Shown here one piece after another: positions 58,049 to 64,000 of a stretch of 64,000 nucleotides of DNA. The notes under the pieces are model-generated. The model saw only the letters and a list, made by a program, of their open reading frames with translations. It was not told the origin of the DNA and ran no database searches. Origin of the DNA: Macrostomum lignano (Eukaryota). Position 1 is the stretch's first letter; each line of letters starts with the position of its first letter. The stretch spans positions 186,001-250,000 of the forward strand of contig NIVC01001679.1 of NCBI GenBank assembly GCA_002269645.1, in the 5' to 3' direction. A program made the position numbers and the translations under genes.

Positions 58049-58431
58049 GTCTAACAGGTGACACTATCCTCTGTCTAACAGGTGACACTATCCTCTGTCT
58101 AACAGGTGACACTATCCTCTGTCTAACAGGTGACACTATCCTCTGTCTAACAGGTGACACTATGCTCTGTCTAACAGGTGACACTATCCTCTGTCTAACA
58201 GGTGACACTATCCTCTGTCTAACAGGTGACACTATCCTCTGTCTAACAGGTGACACTATGCTCTGTCTAACAGGTGACATTATCCTCTGTCTAACAGGTG
58301 ACACTATCCTCTGTCTAACAGGTGACACTATCCTCTGTCTAACAGGTGACACTGTCCTCTGTCTAACAGGTGACACTATCCTCTGTCGAACAGGTGACAC
58401 TATCCTCTGTCTAACAGGTGACGCTATCCTG
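58049..58431. repeat. 24-bp tandem repeat (TCTAACAGGTGACACTATCCTCTG)n
   Basis: Directly visible, ~16 units. Confidence 0.94.
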
Positions 58432-59122
58432 TCAATGTTCAGTTTAAACTACAGGTAGCTATACTCGTATTCGTAGAAATTTACCTTATAAATTTTACCT
58501 TACCTTACCTTATAAATTGCATACAATTTCAAACAGCTGACTTTAACTAACTTTAAGTAGAAAAGTCACATAAATTTCGTGCAAAATATAAAAAAACGTT
58601 TGTTTCTATTAAGCGCATATAATTCATTATAAAATATTATCAATCGATAACAATCGATTTAGATATCTATAAAATTTATTTTCTCATTGGAATTTTTTAA
58701 AACGGTACAAATGATCAAAGCTGCATTGAGCATCAGAAAAACCAGTTGAAAAAAATATAAAAATACTTGTAGCTGTACAAATTAAAACTAAGTGCATCTG
58801 TTGCTATAATATTTAAAACGAGAAAACAGTTCGTTCATATTGGCGTTTGATATTGTTCTCACCATAGCTACATTCGGTTTTCTTAAAAATGATCTGGAAC
58901 GTATCGCTGTATGTTTTAGCTCTTTAGCGACCGAATTAGTCTATGGCACAACGCGCTCTGCCTTCGACAATTATTGTACATCGAACTAAACAGATTAATT
59001 GTATTTTTGGTACCAAAACAATTTTGCGAAAAAAATGAATACATTATTCGCAGCCAACTACTTGAAGTAAGCATCGATGATTGAAAAGAATTAATTTCTA
59101 TTTATTTTTCCATAGCGCTCGA

Positions 59123-61441
59123 TCAGTCAGTCGTAGGTGGGCCTGAAGCCACCGCCGCCGCCACCGCCTCCTCGCCTGGCTGCCCCGGGTTTGCCGGGTC
59201 GGGCAGAGCGGCGGCGCCTGACGGGCCGTCGTCTCGGCCGTGCAGCACCATGGTGCGCACCTCCTCCATCTCGGCGAACGGGATCCAGTCGTCGCCAACT
59301 GGACGCCCAGCGTCGAGACGCTCCCGCTCGGTCTCGAAGACGGTTTCGTGCTTCTCCCACGACTGGTCGCAGGCGGCGCACACGAAAACGGAATTGAAGG
59401 CGCCGCAGGGGCAGGAGCGGCACTGGTGCTGCCGGGTGTCGCTTCTGGGGTGCGAGAGGGGGAGAGTCGGGTTTGGATTTGCCATCACGATATGGAATTG
59501 AGACATTGGGGAATTGGGAATTGGGAGAATGGGAATCGAGGGAATCGGGGTAATGGATATCGGTGCATTGGGATTCGGGGCTATTGGGATCAATGGGGGA
59601 ATTGGGATTCGGGGAATCAGGGAATCGGGGTGTTGGGAATTGTGGAATTAGGAAAAAGGGAAATGAGGGAAAGGGAAATGAGGGAAAGGGAAATGAGGGA
59701 AAGGGAAATGAGGGAAAGGGAAATGAGGGAAAGGGAAATGAGGGAAAGGGAAATGAGGGAAAGGGAAATGAGGGAAAGGGAAATGAGGGAAAGGGAAATG
59801 AGGGAAAGGGAAATGAGGGAAAGGGAAATGAGGGAAAGGGAAATGAGGGAAAGGGAAATGAGGGAAAGGGAAATGAGGGAAAGGGAATTAGGGAATGAGG
59901 GAAGGGAAATTTGAAAGCGAGGAATTAGGAATCGGGGTATTGGGAAACGATTGGGAATCGGGGAATTAGGAATCAGGAAATTGGGATTTAGGGACTTGGG
60001 AATCGGGGAATCGGGAAACGGGGAATTGGGGAATAGGGGAATCGGGAAACGGGGAATTGGGAATCGGGAAATTGGAAATTGAGATTCAGGGATTAGGAAT
60101 CGGGACATTTTGAATTTGGATTTTATCCAGGAAATGCAATCAGAACTCGATCATGGGATTAAGAATTGCAGTAAGGTTTAAGTGTCTACTCCCGTAGGGT
60201 CATGGGACAATTTGCTGCAATGCCACTGACACGCCTTAGCCACTCTATCCTTTTATATCACTACAAAACTCAATGAAAAAAATGATTTATTTTACTATAA
60301 GTAGTGTAGTAAATAAATTTCAATAAATAATGTACAATGCTAGATGTAATTTTCTAATGTTTTTACTATCAGTAGTGTTTAGCAAACCGACTAAAGCAAC
60401 AATATTGATCAATATTCGTCTAAATCTCTCACCTATGCTCCTCGTGCGTGTGTTTGCACCGGCACTTTGCCCGCCAACTGGCCGGATCGAAATCGCGACG
60501 CCGTTTCAACCAGAACTCGCCGGCCTCCTCCGGTCTGGTTGGCACCCATTCGAAGTTGGCGCATTTGCAGTGCTGACACGGCAGCTGGAGGGCCCGGCCG
60601 CCAGGCTGCTTGTGCTCGGCGAGGTTGTGGCCGCAGAAGCAGCGGGAGCCGGAGTGGACGCGCTGGCAGTCCTGCTTGTCGTAGGGCGGCTCCCGGGGTC
60701 GCCAGGAGAAATACCAGCCGCTGGCCTGCATGGGGGTAGCGACAGGTAGGTGTCTGGTAGATTATCTGGTAAGCATGCAGGGGAGTCTATCAGATGGCCT
60801 AGTAGACTAGCAGGATAGTCTGGTAGGCAAGTAGACAATCTGGTAGCTTACAGGGGGAATTGCTGAGATGCCAAGGCTTACTGAGGGAATTGCTGAGATG
60901 CCAAGGCTTACTGAGGGAATTTCTGAGATGCCAAGGCTTACTGAGGGAATTGCTGAGATATCAAGGCTTACGGGGAAAATTGCTGAGAGGTCAGAAGCTA
61001 CATGTTGTTCATTCAAAAAAGTTCATTCCATTCTTTGTTGGCTCCCTAACGGGGGGGCGCTGATTGCTAGTACAGTCAAAAGTATCAGCTGAATGAACTT
61101 AGCTCTCCCTCTCTAACCTTGGCCTCCTCAACCGCTCGCATCTCCGGCTCGAACAGCTGCTTCACCTTGGGCGCCAACTCCGCCCCATTCATCGCCTTGG
61201 CAACGGCAAGCACATTGTACTGCTCGGCACGCTGGATTTTGTTAACTCGGAGCTCACCGCCAGGCAGCTGGTAGCGGCCGGGAATCAGGTTGCCCTGCCC
61301 GTCTGTTGGAAGCCCGCGACCCCGACCGGCGGCCGGTCCAGCGGCGCCTCGCTTAGCAACCGTTTTTGTTGACTTTGACGACGATGATGACGAGGCAGCT
61401 GCGCCGGATTTGCCTGGCTGATTTGGTCGGCTGCTGCTCAT
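59123..61441 (-). CDS. FAM221B: FAM221 family protein (FAM221B-like), 312 aa; exons 61441-61118, 60725-60433, 59444-59123
   Basis: VAKAM, SRCFCGHNLAEH, PTRPEEAGEFWLKRR.DFDP.SWRAKCRCKHTHEEH, CAACDQSWEKHETVFET match FAM221B as recalled. Phases 0/2 give a 939-nt frame. Confidence 0.82.
59500..60110. repeat. G/A-rich intronic repeats including (GGGAAATGAGGGAAA)n
   Basis: 15-bp perfect array at ~59657-59885, embedded in degenerate GGAATTGGG repeats. Confidence 0.92.
60852..60990. repeat. 30-bp tandem repeat (GGGAATTGCTGAGATGCCAAGGCTTACTGA)n
   Basis: About 4.5 units in FAM221B intron 1; same family as 2620-2775 and 36695-36800. Confidence 0.88.
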
Positions 61442-64000
61442 TGTTTGTTTTAAAGCTTGCTGGAGCAGTTTTTACAACAAAAACACGAAGCACAATGTTA
61501 TTTAAGAAGTCATTTTTTGTTTTAGACCTTAAAATAAAGACTTAGCGTTGAACGACACCAAATGCTAGTATATTAGATAAAATCGAATTCTTCTATTATG
61601 GGTGCTGTGATGTTCAGTCCATAGACAGCCACCACCTATGAACAGCTATAAATAGTTCAATGACTAATTTGCAAATTTACTTGGATAAAATGAAAAATCA
61701 AGCGCTCAATTTTCTTTAGATTAAATTGAACCCCTAAATTCAAAATGGGTTATTAAAGGCTATATTAAAATAAAACAGTTGTTTTGTTGCTTTCTATTTT
61801 TACTTAGTTAAATATATTGATTTGAATTTTGAACTAGTAGGCCTACAAGACAATATTTAGATTTACAAAATTAATAACAATGAACTAAAATAAAACTTAT
61901 CTTGCAAGAAAAATTTGAATCCATTAGTTTGTTTTATTATTAGGATAAAATGAATTGTCCTATAGTAAGGTCTTAGCCCAAAGTCTTAGCCCATGGTATA
62001 AGTTTTTTGTCCTAAATATGCCATAATAGGAACATACAAATATAATAGACTTGTTGCTTTTAAAAAGCAAGGAAATTAAAATATATATACCCTTAGTTTC
62101 TCAACAATGTTCACATAAATTACCACATCATGTCGTTCAAAATTTGATATTCATAAAATATAGAGCATCGTGAGCATGCTTTATTTAAAAATTATTATTA
62201 TTTAAGTTTTTTACACTAAAAAATTATTTATAATAGCAATAACCATAAGTGTTAAAAATCGAATCGCAGGTACAGGCCATAATTAAAAATGTTAAGTCTA
62301 GCGCAAAAGATAAGCTTAGAATTCGAACTGAAAAATGGGACACTTACGGTGTGCGGCCGGGTGTGAGCCTATATAAGCAAGTTGTAGACTTGTAGTGGTA
62401 GCGCCCTTACGCCCGCACTGCCCTTTAAAAATGGATTTTCTGATGTGAAGTTGAATTAGTGCTGTTAATAGATTACTGTGCTGATCTTGTTTAGGAATAA
62501 ATTTTTAAACGGTTTATATGTAAAAAAAGACTTGTAATATATTAGTATAGGTACAATGCGTTACATAAATAAATATAATAACCATTTTTGTTGTAACGTT
62601 ACAGTTTACCTAAGTTTGGGTAGCAACGACGTTTAAAAGCTTTATTTGTAAATAATTATTGCTAAAAATAGAATATAGGTTCAAAAACACAGTGAATTAA
62701 CTGCAAAACGCTTGAAAAACAATGCTCCACCCACTTTTCCACTACAACTCTTAACATTTTATTTGCACGCAAAAAATGAAAAGATCAACATGGAGCAATT
62801 TCTTTAATAGTGTGCATTGTAGCAACAATAATATTGCAGCAAGCAAAGCAAAGGCGAATGCAATTACTCTTCTCTTTAAAAGTTACATTACAATTTAGAT
62901 GTCTTGATACTTGTACAAGCACATTTAGTCTTTTAATATCGTTGACAAAAGCAAAGCAATAAAACGCTCCAAACGTCCTTTTTATTATTTATTGTCAATA
63001 TCAATTAATAATACGTTCTTTATGAAACTATCCACTGACTTGTACTATACGACTACGTAACACTCCTTTGGCAGGTTTTCTTTACCAAAGGCAAAAGAAA
63101 AAAATTCCAAGAACTAAAAACGGAAAACCAAATAAACTATTTGTGTAAGAGAAAATAAATGATTAAATGGGTCAACAAAGTCAGAGAAATACGAGCTACA
63201 TAATCTATGGACTACAAGAATTACTACCGATTCAAAGCCTGAGTTTTCCATGCACATTTACCTTACGTCGTTACCAGTCCGTGAGGAATCAAACTTCGAG
63301 GCACTTATGCATCTATAATATACATTTGCTTTCTGCAGATCACTAGCGTACGACTCTTTTTATTTTCACTGAGGCGGAAAGTCTGTCTGTGAGTGCTAAG
63401 TATAAAATGGTATTAAAATTAATTTATAAGTTGGCAGTTTGTTTGAAAATATAATAGTTTGATACAGTTTATATTTTTTTAATTGTTTTAATATTGTATG
63501 TATCTATGACGCTTGTCTGGCGATTATTTGACACGAATGTAGTAAGGCTTTTAAACGTATAGCTCAATATTATTATTTGGAGGAGCTTCTCTTCAATACT
63601 CTCTTTCTTGCAAATTGCATAATAATTTTTGTCACTTAAAAGGTAAAGTATTGAAATATAAAAATATAAAATTGCCAATATGCACATAAAATAATGCTTG
63701 TTTAAAGTCATTAGCTTAGTTGTTTTTTATTCATTGGTTGAACAATAATGATGATTTAAAAAGTCAAATAGACTCGTATTAGTTGATATGATTTTACTTG
63801 GTGTCTAATTGTCATCTGCTATGGATTTTGATAAAAGTTAGCTAATTTATAAGGAAAGCGATCAGTAAATCAGTCCAATAATAATTAAATTAGAAGCAAT
63901 CAATATTATTTAAGCATATTTTTTAGATATTATTCCTACTTTTGCTTTTGTGCAAGTGTATTTTCAAGTTATATTAAATTAATTTCAGGAATTTTTAAGG

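Noticed and set aside
61450-64000. Short ORFs and a TATA-like motif at ~62370
   Set aside because: AT-rich intergenic sequence with no supporting exon structure within the window.

Overview
Eukaryotic (metazoan) genomic DNA: GC-rich exons, GT-AG introns and AT-rich spacers. The style, with most longer introns filled by tandem repeats, suggests a free-living flatworm such as Macrostomum; this is an inference, not verified. From left to right: (i) 3-17 kb is a putative innate-immune lectin locus. It holds an intact signal peptide + PAN-like + fibrinogen-domain (FReD) gene, an inverted damaged paralog, a third FReD fragment and an intronless PAN + C-type lectin gene. These are interleaved with a Ginger1-like DNA transposon (CCGG TSD, TGTTA..TAACA ends), nested LINEs and a tRNA-derived SINE. 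(ii) 18-22 kb is a peroxidasin-like gene with two Ig domains and no LRR or VWC domain. (iii) A ~6.3 kb (TATC)n microsatellite follows. (iv) 32.6-42.3 kb is an SLC6 amino-acid-type transporter whose last intron carries an array of GTCACGTGAC (CLEAR/E-box) motifs. (v) Three minus-strand genes lie in tandem: FAM221B-like, MFSD1 and SLC37A3, with an orphan cluster of three perfect heat-shock elements between FAM221B and MFSD1. Exon boundaries were derived by hand and checked for reading-frame continuity. Family assignments come from recalled motifs, not database searches.
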